Of a DNA stretch of 64,000 nucleotides, positions 14,213 to 23,360 are shown piece after piece. Position numbers and translations under genes: made by a program. Position 1 is the first letter of the stretch, and each line of letters starts with the position of its first letter. The DNA is from Bacilli bacterium (GTDB taxonomy: Bacteria; Bacillota_I; Bacilli_A; RFN20; CAG-826), in NCBI GenBank assembly GCA_017442875.1, contig JAFSPN010000024.1, forward strand, positions 7,143-71,142. Direction: 5' to 3'. The notes under the pieces were generated by a model. It was not told where the DNA came from, searched no databases, and worked only from the letters and a program-made list of their open reading frames with translations.

Positions 14213-14656
14213 TTATTTATCCTTGTGAGGTGTTTGGAATTCATTTAAAGCGGCATTAATCTTAGTAGAAGAGATACCCTTTGTATATGGGAAATAGACG
14301 ATACGTATACCAGCTTTGGCAAATTCTTTTTCATATTGTTGCCATTTTTCTGTACCATACCAGTCGTCACCCACGAACAGGATTGATGCTCCTAATTTTT
14401 TACACATTGTGAGTTTATCCATATCGTATTGTGGGACGGCGGCATCAACGTATTTACAGCTTCTAACAATTTCGATACGATCTTCAAAAGGAATCATCGC
14501 ATGTTTACCTTTATAAGTAACAAGTTCGTCCACAGTCACACCGACAATGAGTTTGTCGCACATACCTTTGGCGTTCTTTAAAAGATTCAGATGACCAATA
14601 TGAAATAGGTCATAAACCCCTGCGGTATAGCCAATAATTAAATTGTTTTTTTTCAT
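14213..14656 (-). CDS. tagD: Glycerol-3-phosphate cytidylyltransferase (TagD/TarD-like)
   Basis: 147 aa with the cytidylyltransferase HxGH motif (FHIGHLNLL) and a GDDW region. Confidence 0.8.
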   Translation of the reverse strand: MKKNNLIIGYTAGVYDLFHIGHLNLLKNAKGMCDKLIVGVTVDELVTYKGKHAMIPFEDRIEIVRSCKYVDAAVPQYDMDKLTMCKKLGASILFVGDDWYGTEKWQQYEKEFAKAGIRIVYFPYTKGISSTKINAALNEFQTPHKDK

Positions 14657-14755
14657 ATAAAAGAACCTCTTTTGCTCAACACAATTATAATTTATCTAAT
14701 AATCATCGCAAAATAAATATTACTTAATATCTTATTTTCTTTTATTATAGTGGTG

Positions 14756-15610
14756 ATGAATCCGTTGCAAGAAAAACAATTTGAAATGCTTAAAGTCTTC
14801 ATTGGAATTTGTGAAAAACACAATCTCCAATATTTTTTAGTGGGTGGTTCCACTCTTGGAGCGGTCCGCCATAAAGGTTTCATCCCTTGGGATGACGATA
14901 TCGATGTTGGCATGGTGAGAGATGAATATGATAAATTCATCAAAATTGCGCCAAAGGAGTTAGAGGGAACTGAGTTCTTTTTACAAACTTGGAGAAGCGA
15001 TCCACACTTTACTTACCCATTTGCAAAAATAAGAAACAATAAAACAACCTATGTTGAAGATTTCTTTGCCAACCATCAAATCAATCATGGCGTGTGGATT
15101 GATATCTTACCAATTGATGGTTTGACTGATAAAAATATTCCAAAAGAAAAATGTAAGCCTCGTCTTAGAAGATACATCTTCCATATTTATATGGCTTATT
15201 TACCAGCCTTATTAAGAAAGTTCCATAAAAGAACATTCTTTAAAGATTTATTCTTTGGATTTGTTGGTCTATTATTCTATCCGCTTAATATAGCGCATTT
15301 CCATCAAAGAAGATTAGATAAAATGGCACATGAATATCCTTTGGATAAAGCCACTCTTGCGGGCAACCATCTCTACTACTTTACAGGTCGAGTGGAAGGT
15401 CTACCTCCAAAGATCTATTTAGAAACTACTGATGCAGAATTTGAGGGCATCAAAGTGAAAATCCAAAAGGATTACGATACATATCTTAAATGCTTATATG
15501 GGGATTATATGAAGTTACCTCCTGAAAATCAAAGAGAAGGTCATCACTATAACACCGGCTTTTCTCTAGATGTTGGTTGGGAAGAATATTTATACGGTAA
15601 GAAAAAATAA
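14756..15610 (+). CDS. licD: LicD-family phosphotransferase
   Basis: YFLVGGSTLGAVRHKGFIPWDDDIDVGM is the LicD signature (DxD). ATG 14756 is preferred over GTG 14750. Confidence 0.8.
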   Translation: MNPLQEKQFEMLKVFIGICEKHNLQYFLVGGSTLGAVRHKGFIPWDDDIDVGMVRDEYDKFIKIAPKELEGTEFFLQTWRSDPHFTYPFAKIRNNKTTYVEDFFANHQINHGVWIDILPIDGLTDKNIPKEKCKPRLRRYIFHIYMAYLPALLRKFHKRTFFKDLFFGFVGLLFYPLNIAHFHQRRLDKMAHEYPLDKATLAGNHLYYFTGRVEGLPPKIYLETTDAEFEGIKVKIQKDYDTYLKCLYGDYMKLPPENQREGHHYNTGFSLDVGWEEYLYGKKK

Positions 15611-15645
15611 AGCTCACAATTTTCTCAATCGTGAGCTTTTTCTTT
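15609..15645. terminator. Bidirectional rho-independent terminator (licD / asnS-small ORF)
   Basis: AAGCTCAC-13 nt-GTGAGCTT hairpin flanked by an A-run upstream and a T-run downstream. Confidence 0.6.
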
Positions 15646-15796
15646 ATTTTAAGAGCGATATAACAAGAGCGATTATTTCATAAACGGCATAGCCAAATAA
15701 CAATATATCAGCAACGATTAATACCCAGAGCATTCTGGTCTTTAATCTAGCACGTCTTGCTTCCTTTTCAGCTTGGGCGAGTTCTTCCATTTCCAT
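15644..15796 (-). CDS. Small membrane protein (50 aa), below the ORF-track cutoff
   Basis: MEMEELAQAEKEARRARLKTRMLWVLIVADILLFGYAVYEIIALVISLLK. An AGGAG sequence overlaps the asnS stop codon 8 nt upstream of the ATG. One predicted TM helix. Confidence 0.4.
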   Translation of the reverse strand: MEMEELAQAEKEARRARLKTRMLWVLIVADILLFGYAVYEIIALVISLLK

Positions 15797-15806
15797 AGGC
15801 TAACTC

Positions 15807-17198
15807 CTAGTACTTGATGCTGTTGCTTGTGCGTGGATATGGTTGCACGTCCCTGATATTTTGCATACCAGTGATGTACATTAGGAGTCTATCGAAGCCG
15901 ATACCAAAGCCTGAGTGTTTGCAGCCACCATAGCGGCGGGTATCTAAATACCAATCGAGTTCTTTGTCGTTGCCGAGTTTTTGCATTTTCTTGAGAAGAA
16001 CGTCATATCTTTCTTCTCTTTGAGAACCACCAACGAGTTCACCAACCGCTGGAACAAGTAAGTCGCAAGCGGCAACGGTCTTGCCGTCATCATTTTCTCT
16101 CATATAGAAAGCTTTGATTTCTTTTGGATAGTCAGTTAAGAATAATGGACCTTTAACGATTTGTTCAGTGAGATATCTTTCATGTTCGCTTTGTAAGTCC
16201 ATGCCCCATTCAATATTGTTGTTTTCAAAGACATGGCCTTCTTTAACGGCTTTCTTTAATAATTCAATGCCCTCAGAATAGGTCATTCTCTTGAAATCGC
16301 TATTAGCGACATGATTCAATCTTTCAATTAAGGTTTTGTCGATCATAGTGTTGAAGAAATTCATTTCTTCTGGGCACGCTGAGAGGATGTAGTTGATGCA
16401 GAATTTAACGCAATCTTCAATCACATCCATATTGCCTTCTAAATCTGTGAATGCCATTTCAGGTTCCACCATCCAGAATTCAGAAGCGTGTCTAACTGTG
16501 TTAGAGTGTTCTGCTCTAAAGGCAGGACCGAATGTATAAACATCTCTAAACGCTAAAGCAAATGGTTCAACGTGTAATTGACCAGTAACGGTTAAGTTAA
16601 CTTTTCTTCCATAGAAGGAATTTGGGTCTTTTGTGTCGTGAGTCACAACATCAAAAACATTGCCCGCACCTTCACCATCATTTGTGGTAATTAATGGGGT
16701 ATGTACATAAATAAAGCCATTGTTTTGGAAAAATTCATGAATCGCAAAAGAGAGAACACTTCTCACACGGTAAACCGCTTGGAATGTGTTAGCACGTGGT
16801 CTAATATGAGCAATTTCTCTTAAGAATTCAAAACTGTGTCTTTTCTTTTGAAGTGGATAATCATCAGCGACATCGCCTTCCAAAGAGCAAGAATCAACAG
16901 CAATCTCAAATGGTTGTTTATTCTCAGGTGTTAAAACTAATTTACCAGTGACTTTAATTGCGGCACCTGTCTTCAAAGAAGACAAAACGTCATGATTACC
17001 GCTTTTGTCTGTGTAAACTAATTGGACACTTTTAAAATAAGTGCCATCGCTGAATTCAACAAAGCCGATTGAGCCATTATCACGATTGGTCTTAACCCAA
17101 CCCTCTAGTTCAAGTTCTTCTAGTGAATTGATTTCTTCTTGATCACCATTTGTAACAATGTCATATAATTCGAAGTTAGTAATTTTCATAGGTTCCAT
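15807..17198 (-). CDS. asnS: Asparagine--tRNA ligase
   Basis: Class IIb aaRS with an N-terminal OB fold, FRAEHSNTVRHASEFWMVEPE (motif 2) and GGCKHSGFGIGFDRL (motif 3). ATG 17198 lies 7 nt after AGGAG. Confidence 0.95.
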   Translation of the reverse strand: MEPMKITNFELYDIVTNGDQEEINSLEELELEGWVKTNRDNGSIGFVEFSDGTYFKSVQLVYTDKSGNHDVLSSLKTGAAIKVTGKLVLTPENKQPFEIAVDSCSLEGDVADDYPLQKKRHSFEFLREIAHIRPRANTFQAVYRVRSVLSFAIHEFFQNNGFIYVHTPLITTNDGEGAGNVFDVVTHDTKDPNSFYGRKVNLTVTGQLHVEPFALAFRDVYTFGPAFRAEHSNTVRHASEFWMVEPEMAFTDLEGNMDVIEDCVKFCINYILSACPEEMNFFNTMIDKTLIERLNHVANSDFKRMTYSEGIELLKKAVKEGHVFENNNIEWGMDLQSEHERYLTEQIVKGPLFLTDYPKEIKAFYMRENDDGKTVAACDLLVPAVGELVGGSQREERYDVLLKKMQKLGNDKELDWYLDTRRYGGCKHSGFGIGFDRLLMYITGMQNIRDVQPYPRTSNSIKY

Positions 17199-17258
17199 AT
17201 AAATGCTCCTTGCCAATAATTATATTCCTTTAAAGTAACTTTGTAACTTTAATTTTAA

Positions 17259-18278
17259 TTAATTTTCAAATTCGTTCCACTTTTCGATAGACCAGTTAGG
17301 ATCAACACCTAAATCTAGACCAGCAAAAACTTTCATTTCATATAAATGTTCGGCGACTTTTGCAATCATCGCGGCGTTATCAGTACAGCACCACATTGGT
17401 GGAATAATAATGTTTGCTCCAAGTTTATCGCATTGGATTTTCATTTGCTCTCTTAGATAAGAGTTTGCGGACACACCGCCCGCTAAAACGACTTGCTTGA
17501 TGTTATATTCTTTAATTGCACGTGTCGCTCTGTCTATAACGATACCAACAGCGGTATCTTGGAAACTACGGCACATATCTGGCACATTGACTTTCTCGCC
17601 TTTTTGTTCAAGATTATGAACCAAATTAATAACATTTGTTTTTAATCCAGAAAAGGACATATCATAGGTATCTTCACCGCTTAAAGGTTTGGGCAAATGA
17701 TATACATGGGTGCCCTCTTTTGCTAATTTATCGATTGGGATACCACCTGGATAAGGAAGACCTAAAACACGGGCAACTTTATCATAGCATTCGCCAATTG
17801 CATCATCTCTAGTCTCGCCTATGATCTCGAAGTCCATATGGCCTTTCATTAAGACTAATTCGCTATTTCCTCCGGAAACAACGACAGCTAATAATGGGAA
17901 CTTAAGTTCCTCATTATATTCATTAGCGTAAATATGACCTGCTAAATGATGAACTGGGATGAGTTGTTTTTTATACAACATAGCCAAAGTCTTGGCGCAC
18001 TGCATGCCAACATGTAAAGCTCCAATAAGTCCCGGACCTCTTGTTACTGCGAATGCATCAACATCCTCTAATTTGATATTTGCTTTTTCTAAAGCCTCTT
18101 TTAAAACAAGGCCGATATTCTCACAGTGTAATCGCGAAGCGATTTCAGGCATGACACCGCCATATTTCTGATGGACTTCTATCTGAGTGTTTATGACATT
18201 AGAAAGTAATTTGCCATCTTTAGTAATAGCAACGCTAGTCTCATCACAGCTTGATTCAATCGCTAATATAACTGCCAT
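17259..18278 (-). CDS. tsaD: tRNA N6-adenosine threonylcarbamoyltransferase
   Basis: 339 aa with ILAIESSCDETSVAI and HxxxH (HHLAGH) Kae1/TsaD motifs. Confidence 0.95.
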   Translation of the reverse strand: MAVILAIESSCDETSVAITKDGKLLSNVINTQIEVHQKYGGVMPEIASRLHCENIGLVLKEALEKANIKLEDVDAFAVTRGPGLIGALHVGMQCAKTLAMLYKKQLIPVHHLAGHIYANEYNEELKFPLLAVVVSGGNSELVLMKGHMDFEIIGETRDDAIGECYDKVARVLGLPYPGGIPIDKLAKEGTHVYHLPKPLSGEDTYDMSFSGLKTNVINLVHNLEQKGEKVNVPDMCRSFQDTAVGIVIDRATRAIKEYNIKQVVLAGGVSANSYLREQMKIQCDKLGANIIIPPMWCCTDNAAMIAKVAEHLYEMKVFAGLDLGVDPNWSIEKWNEFEN

Positions 18279-18279
18279 A

Positions 18280-18753
18280 TTATTTCACCTTTAGTATCAT
18301 ATAGTAAGCATCTTCACCATTGTCATAGTAATGAGGCTTAGTAGTTTCAATTTCAAATCCTTGTTTCTTATAGAAATTAATCGCAGGGGTATTACTTACT
18401 CTTACTTCTAAAGTGATTGTTTGCACTTTCTTTGCGTAACAATCGTTATAAATTTCATCCATCATAGTGGTACCAAGTTGTTTTCTTTGCAGATATGGGT
18501 GGACCGCGATTTGACAAATAGTCGCGCTATCAAATGTTTCCCAATAATCACAGAACCCCACAATTTGATGCGGATCATCTTCTTTTAAAGCTAATTCTAT
18601 AACCCAGAAATGTGCGACTGGATTTTCGTTTAATTCATACAAAATATTTTCTTCTTTCCACGCACCATGAGGAAAACACAAATCTTCAATCTGCATAATG
18701 ACCGGAAGATCGTTTTTTGTCGCTTCTCTAATGTTGATAAAAAGATTTTGCAT
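18280..18753 (-). CDS. rimI: Ribosomal-protein-alanine N-acetyltransferase (GNAT)
   Basis: 157 aa GNAT fold (IAVHPYLQRKQLGTTMM). The position between tsaB and tsaD is the conserved one. Confidence 0.8.
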   Translation of the reverse strand: MQNLFINIREATKNDLPVIMQIEDLCFPHGAWKEENILYELNENPVAHFWVIELALKEDDPHQIVGFCDYWETFDSATICQIAVHPYLQRKQLGTTMMDEIYNDCYAKKVQTITLEVRVSNTPAINFYKKQGFEIETTKPHYYDNGEDAYYMILKVK

Positions 18754-18754
18754 A

Positions 18755-19336
18755 CTAATCCTTCATGTAAACTGGCTTTAAACTGAGTGGGTTAACTTCA
18801 TCCAAAGCATCTTTGAGACTTAGCATCTCTAAAATGTTATTAGTCTCTTTAATTTCTAAACCTAAATACCTGACATCTCCACACACGCTGTATGACGGAT
18901 GATCGTTGATGTATTTAAGCACTTCATCATTTTTCATAATTTGATCTTCAAGTAAGACCTTGTTTCCTTCATAAACACCGATGTAAGAACGGCCGCTTCT
19001 GGCATTTATCAAACAAATGGAAGGATTTTTGCCGTCCTTTTGCACTCTTAATGAGCTGACTGGATACAATCTGCAGCCCAAGGCAACAGCGATAGTTTTA
19101 GCGATTGTGATAGCAATTCTAACCCCTGTATATGAGCCAGGTCCCTTTGCTACCATAACTGCGGAAATTTCTTCTCTTTTGACGTTATATTTTTCTAGAA
19201 GCTTATTTAATTCTGGAATCATATATTCGGATTGTTGTTGCCAAGCTTCATAAGATATGCATTCTAAAAGAAGGTTATCACGAGCCAAACCAACAGAGAG
19301 GTTTGTATTGGAGGAATCTAGTAATACTGTATACAT
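18755..19336 (-). CDS. tsaB: tRNA t6A biosynthesis protein TsaB
   Basis: 193 aa with GPGSYTGVRIA, the TsaB/YeaZ signature. Confidence 0.85.
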   Translation of the reverse strand: MYTVLLDSSNTNLSVGLARDNLLLECISYEAWQQQSEYMIPELNKLLEKYNVKREEISAVMVAKGPGSYTGVRIAITIAKTIAVALGCRLYPVSSLRVQKDGKNPSICLINARSGRSYIGVYEGNKVLLEDQIMKNDEVLKYINDHPSYSVCGDVRYLGLEIKETNNILEMLSLKDALDEVNPLSLKPVYMKD

Positions 19337-19782
19337 TATTGAAGGCCTCCTAGGAGTGCTTGATCGTCACTGATAATGGTGATTTTTCTTTGGTTTTCAC
19401 CAAGGTTTATGATGTTAACCGTAATAGCGGTTTCAGGAATTAATTCTTTAATAAAATCGGGCCATTCAATAACAGTTAATCCTGTTTCATAACCAATGTA
19501 TTCATCTAAACCAATATCGGTGTTAACATCCGCTAAACGGTAGGCGTCGATATGAATTAATGGTTTAATTCCATCAAAATAGATTTTCATGATGTTGAAT
19601 GTCGGAGACTGAACAACGCTTTTGATATTTAAGCCTCTTGCTATTCCTCTAACAAGAGTGGTTTTACCAGCACCCAAATCGCCAGTAAAGCAAAACACGG
19701 AACCGTTGCTCGCGCTTAAGGCAAGCTTTTTACCTAGTTCCATTGTTTCTTCTGCACTATTAGAAACAAATACTTTTTCCAT
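19336..19782 (-). CDS. tsaE: tRNA t6A ATPase TsaE
   Basis: GDLGAGKTT Walker A. ATG 19782 (MEKVFV) follows the upstream stop directly, whereas the longer ORF start would overlap the upstream gene. Confidence 0.85.
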   Translation of the reverse strand: MEKVFVSNSAEETMELGKKLALSASNGSVFCFTGDLGAGKTTLVRGIARGLNIKSVVQSPTFNIMKIYFDGIKPLIHIDAYRLADVNTDIGLDEYIGYETGLTVIEWPDFIKELIPETAITVNIINLGENQRKITIISDDQALLGGLQ

Positions 19783-19783
19783 T

Positions 19784-20314
19784 TTATTCTTTCTTCGTGC
19801 TTTCCAGATACTTGTTGTAATAGTCATTGATCATTTGATCATCGAATGGGAAAACTCTTTTTTTCATTCTTTCAACTATTTCTTTTGTTTGATTTTTCAA
19901 TACAGCGTCTAGTTCGTCACTGTATTCATATGTCTTTTTATGATGTAAGTATTCTTTTTCGTCTAAGACTCTAATTTCATTGTCATGAAATAATTTAGCG
20001 TCTAAATCATAATCAATGTATTTGATGGAATCCTTATCGATGATGCTTGGAGAGGCGATATTGCAGTAATAACACACACCGTCTTTTTTAAGCATACAAA
20101 TGACGTTCCACCATTCTTTTTTTGAAAAGATAGTAACCGCTGGTTCTTTAGTAAACCAACAACGACCATTTGATTCAACGACCTTTGCTTTTTTAGAAGC
20201 GATGACAATATAGTCGTTATTATTTTCCAAAACTAAACCACGGTCCCATACGCGATGTAAAGCACCGTTATGCTTGTAACAACGGATATTGTACCAACGA
20301 CCAACTGAGGACAT
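19784..20314 (-). CDS. DUF402 / nucleoside tri-diphosphate phosphatase (Ntdp-like)
   Basis: 176 aa; the YKHNG..HR.W... and YIDYDLD patterns are typical of the UPF0374/DUF402 family. Confidence 0.7.
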   Translation of the reverse strand: MSSVGRWYNIRCYKHNGALHRVWDRGLVLENNNDYIVIASKKAKVVESNGRCWFTKEPAVTIFSKKEWWNVICMLKKDGVCYYCNIASPSIIDKDSIKYIDYDLDAKLFHDNEIRVLDEKEYLHHKKTYEYSDELDAVLKNQTKEIVERMKKRVFPFDDQMINDYYNKYLESTKKE

Positions 20315-20315
20315 A

Positions 20316-21287
20316 TTATTCCTCCGTTAATGCGTTTAAGCAAATGAGTAAGTCTTTAAATGATTGATCAAATCCTGCTTTATCAAGTGGCTTTTCAAAT
20401 GGCACAGACATAATTGTGTCATCATAGCTAATATACGCAGCGGAATGACCACTCCAGAAGACAACATTTACATTAAGTAAATGACCACCGATTTGGAGTT
20501 TCTTTAATTGTGAGATAACTTTGTTATCAATCACATCACGATAGTTAGAACCTTCTGGTCCATAAATCATGAAATCATCTTTATCTTCTAAAACCGCTAA
20601 ATCACTAACTGCATTAGGTAAATCTAATGGTTCTTTAGGATTTTTAATGACCACAACGAAGCGACCATCAAATTTTAAATCGTTTGGTAAAGAAATATAT
20701 TTACCAACGAATAAAGGTGGTACTTGTTGTTTTCTAGTAGATGGTCTAGTTAAAGCGGCTTCAGAATATAAGAAATGGTGTTTTTTATATGTGCCACGCA
20801 CAACATTTCTTGAATTGATACCGGTTGCTTCTTGATACACGCTATCGCCAATTAAGTCATCTAAGCCTAATTTTTCTTCTGGGTTAGAAGCGATTTCATC
20901 AAACTCTTGATTCTTAAATAATTCGCTATTTAATGTTTTAGAAACAAGAGCGACATAGTCCTTTGTTTTGTTCGGGAAATTCTTTCTTGTCAAAACATAG
21001 AAAAGAATCATACCAACAAGCAAAACACCAGCGAGAGAATAACCAACGATTTTTAATACCTGATTATTATTAATAACCATGAACATAATGCCAACGATGG
21101 CCGCAACGACCACAAACATTAAAATGTTGCTCACTCTTCTTGATGTCATGTAACTCTTATAAAGGGCTTTACGTGCATCTTCGATGACTTGATCATATGT
21201 TTTTGTAACGACTGATTGTTCTTCAACAGCAGGAGCTTCTTCTTTAACTTCTACTGGTTCGTTTTCTTTGATATTTTCATCAAGCAT
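20316..21287 (-). CDS. Membrane protein, unknown function (2 N-terminal TM helices plus globular domain)
   Basis: ATG 21287 is preceded by GGAGGT (21295-21300). The protein has an acidic N-terminus and two TM helices. Confidence 0.5.
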   Translation of the reverse strand: MLDENIKENEPVEVKEEAPAVEEQSVVTKTYDQVIEDARKALYKSYMTSRRVSNILMFVVVAAIVGIMFMVINNNQVLKIVGYSLAGVLLVGMILFYVLTRKNFPNKTKDYVALVSKTLNSELFKNQEFDEIASNPEEKLGLDDLIGDSVYQEATGINSRNVVRGTYKKHHFLYSEAALTRPSTRKQQVPPLFVGKYISLPNDLKFDGRFVVVIKNPKEPLDLPNAVSDLAVLEDKDDFMIYGPEGSNYRDVIDNKVISQLKKLQIGGHLLNVNVVFWSGHSAAYISYDDTIMSVPFEKPLDKAGFDQSFKDLLICLNALTEE

Positions 21288-21373
21288 AGGATAAACCTCC
21301 AAGTTAGGTAAAGTATAACATAGAAACATAATATTATGTTAGTCGTTTATATAAAGTCCTAAGTAAATAATTA

Positions 21374-21402
21374 TTAACATTATTAAAATAAGCGATTATG
21401 AT
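21374..21402 (+). promoter_or_regulatory. Putative sigma70-type promoter of the thiamine leader
   Basis: TTAACA-17 nt-TATGAT. Confidence 0.4.
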
Positions 21403-21404
21403 TA

Positions 21405-21495
21405 TTGACGGGAGCTGAACGAAATTCGGCTGAGAGGGTTCTTCTTGGAACCGACCGTACCTGATCTAGGTAATTCTAGCGGAGGGAACTTTTTT
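21405..21495 (+). promoter_or_regulatory. TPP (THI-box) riboswitch
   Basis: Contains GGGAGC...GGCTGAGAGG...ACCGACCGTACCTGATCTAGGTAATTCTAGCGGAGGGAA, which matches the conserved CUGAGA and ACCUGAUCUGGAUAAUGCCAGCG..GGGA cores. Confidence 0.85.
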
Positions 21496-21512
21496 ATTTA
21501 AATGTTCTTCCT

Positions 21513-21541
21513 CCCCTCATCGTGTTTGAGGGTTTTATTTT
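21513..21541 (+). terminator. Riboswitch expression-platform terminator
   Basis: CCCTCA-tcgtgtt-TGAGGG hairpin followed by TTTTATTTT, immediately before the RBS GGAGG of the downstream gene. Confidence 0.65.
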
Positions 21542-21551
21542 GGAGGTTATT

Positions 21552-22610
21552 ATGAAAAACACATCAAAACTAGTCACCACACTTTGTGAAATTGGTATCT
21601 TTGCCGCTCTTGGATTTGTATTAGATGAATTGCAAGGCATTATTTTCAAAGGTGTTTTCCCAAATGGTGGTTCAATTGGCTTTGCGATGATTGCTGTATT
21701 AATCATTGCTTTTAGACGCCGCTATGTTTGGCAAGCCTTACTAGCTGGCTTAATTATCGGATTGCTTGATATAGCTACAAGCGCTTATATCATTCATCCA
21801 GTTCAATTACTATTGGATTATGTCTTACCTTACATGGTTGTAGGCTTTGCTGGTATATTCAAAATTTTCTTTGATAGAAGCGAAAGCAAAGGGATGAAAA
21901 TATTGTGGCTTATCGTTGGCACAGTCGTCGGCGGCATGTTCAAATTCTTATCCCATTATTTAGCGGGCGTATTCTTCTGGTCTGATCCAAGCGCATTTGC
22001 TTGGGGTTTAGGTAATATGAGCGCACCTTTATATTGCTTTGTTTATAACATTGCTTTCATCGGTCCATCCATTGTATTAACTGGTGCCTTGATAACAGTT
22101 CTATTCATTAGAGCGCCTCAAGTGTTTGTTCCTAAATATGACGCTACAGATGAGAATCTTAAGAACGTCATTAATCCATTCAAGATTGTTCTCACAGTTG
22201 GCACAATTGCGTTTGGTTTGTTCGTCTTTATTTTCTACTTAATCAAATACGTAAATAGTTATGAATCATATGTTGACGGCAATGCGTTTGGCTATGACTT
22301 TGATCCTGATAGTATGGTAATTTTTGTACTTGGATTTTTCCTCGCTATCATGGGCGTAAATAACCTTGTTAAATATTTCAAAGATAGATTTTCTTACGTC
22401 TCATATAGTGCAGCATTATCCACCATTATATTGGTCTCCATGATTTATGATATTGCCAGATTAATTAGGATGTACGTCAAAGGAAAAGACCCAACATTAT
22501 ATTGGATCTGGTTCGTTATTGGATTGCTAAGTTTAGGCGGCGCTTTGACTTTCTTTATTATCTCTTTTGTCAAAAGAAAAAAAGAGCAACAATTAGAATC
22601 AAATATTTGA
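21552..22610 (+). CDS. thiT: ThiT-like thiamine ECF S-component fused to an extra C-terminal 4-TM domain
   Basis: ATG 21552 follows GGAGG. Residues 1 to about 195 align by eye with ThiT (..EIGIFAALGFVL.., RRR.., LLDYV.P, HYLAGVFFW). Residues about 196-352 are additional TM helices of unknown family. Confidence 0.75.
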   Translation: MKNTSKLVTTLCEIGIFAALGFVLDELQGIIFKGVFPNGGSIGFAMIAVLIIAFRRRYVWQALLAGLIIGLLDIATSAYIIHPVQLLLDYVLPYMVVGFAGIFKIFFDRSESKGMKILWLIVGTVVGGMFKFLSHYLAGVFFWSDPSAFAWGLGNMSAPLYCFVYNIAFIGPSIVLTGALITVLFIRAPQVFVPKYDATDENLKNVINPFKIVLTVGTIAFGLFVFIFYLIKYVNSYESYVDGNAFGYDFDPDSMVIFVLGFFLAIMGVNNLVKYFKDRFSYVSYSAALSTIILVSMIYDIARLIRMYVKGKDPTLYWIWFVIGLLSLGGALTFFIISFVKRKKEQQLESNI

Positions 22611-23273
22611 CCATTTTATTTCTTTTAGCCCGTTTTTGCGGAGATATTCGTTGGTTTTCTTGAAATGACCGTTACCAAACCAACCCCCATGAATCGCGGC
22701 TAAAGGAGATGGGTGAACACATTCTAAAATCAAATGAGAAGGGTTATGCAAATAGCCCTTTAATTTTCGCGCTGGACCGCCCCATAAAAGAAAGACCATT
22801 GGTTGAGATTGATGATCTAATAGTTCAAGTACACGAGAAAGGAACATTTTATATTCGTCTATATTGTGGCTCAACGCCTGATGCGCACGTACTGACAATA
22901 TGGAGTTTAGAAGCAATACTCCTTGATTGGCAAGGTAGGTTAGGTCTCCAGAAGAGAAATTCATTTTGCAATTATATTCGTCAGCAATCTCTTTATAGAT
23001 ATTTACCAACGATGGAGGAACCTTAATTCCTCTTGGTACAGAGAAAGATAAACCCATAGCTTGACCTGGTTCATGATATGGATCTTGACCAACAATAACG
23101 ACCTTAACTTTGTCAAGTGGCGTTAATTTAAAAGCGTTAAAAAGTAATTCTCTAGGAGGGTAGCAAGTATAGTCTTGATACTCTCTATTGAGGAACTTGT
23201 TTAACTTATCACAGAATTCTTCATTTTGAATTTGCTTAAAGAATTCGCTCCACGACTTGCAAACTTTTTCCAT
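22599..23273 (-). CDS. ung: Uracil-DNA glycosylase (family 1)
   Basis: 224 aa with VVIVGQDPYH, GVLLLN and HPSPL motifs. Confidence 0.95.
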   Translation of the reverse strand: MEKVCKSWSEFFKQIQNEEFCDKLNKFLNREYQDYTCYPPRELLFNAFKLTPLDKVKVVIVGQDPYHEPGQAMGLSFSVPRGIKVPPSLVNIYKEIADEYNCKMNFSSGDLTYLANQGVLLLNSILSVRAHQALSHNIDEYKMFLSRVLELLDHQSQPMVFLLWGGPARKLKGYLHNPSHLILECVHPSPLAAIHGGWFGNGHFKKTNEYLRKNGLKEIKWSNI

Positions 23274-23360
23274 ATGCCAATTTTATCATTTTTGTGTCTT
23301 TTATTAACATAAACTTTTATAATGTTTGTGTTTAGAGAAGTCTAAACAAAAATTGATAAT

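Noticed and set aside
17199-17258. T-box or other leader upstream of asnS
   Set aside because: Only about 60 nt separate asnS from tsaD, which is too short for a T-box. asnS is probably co-transcribed or uses a simple promoter.
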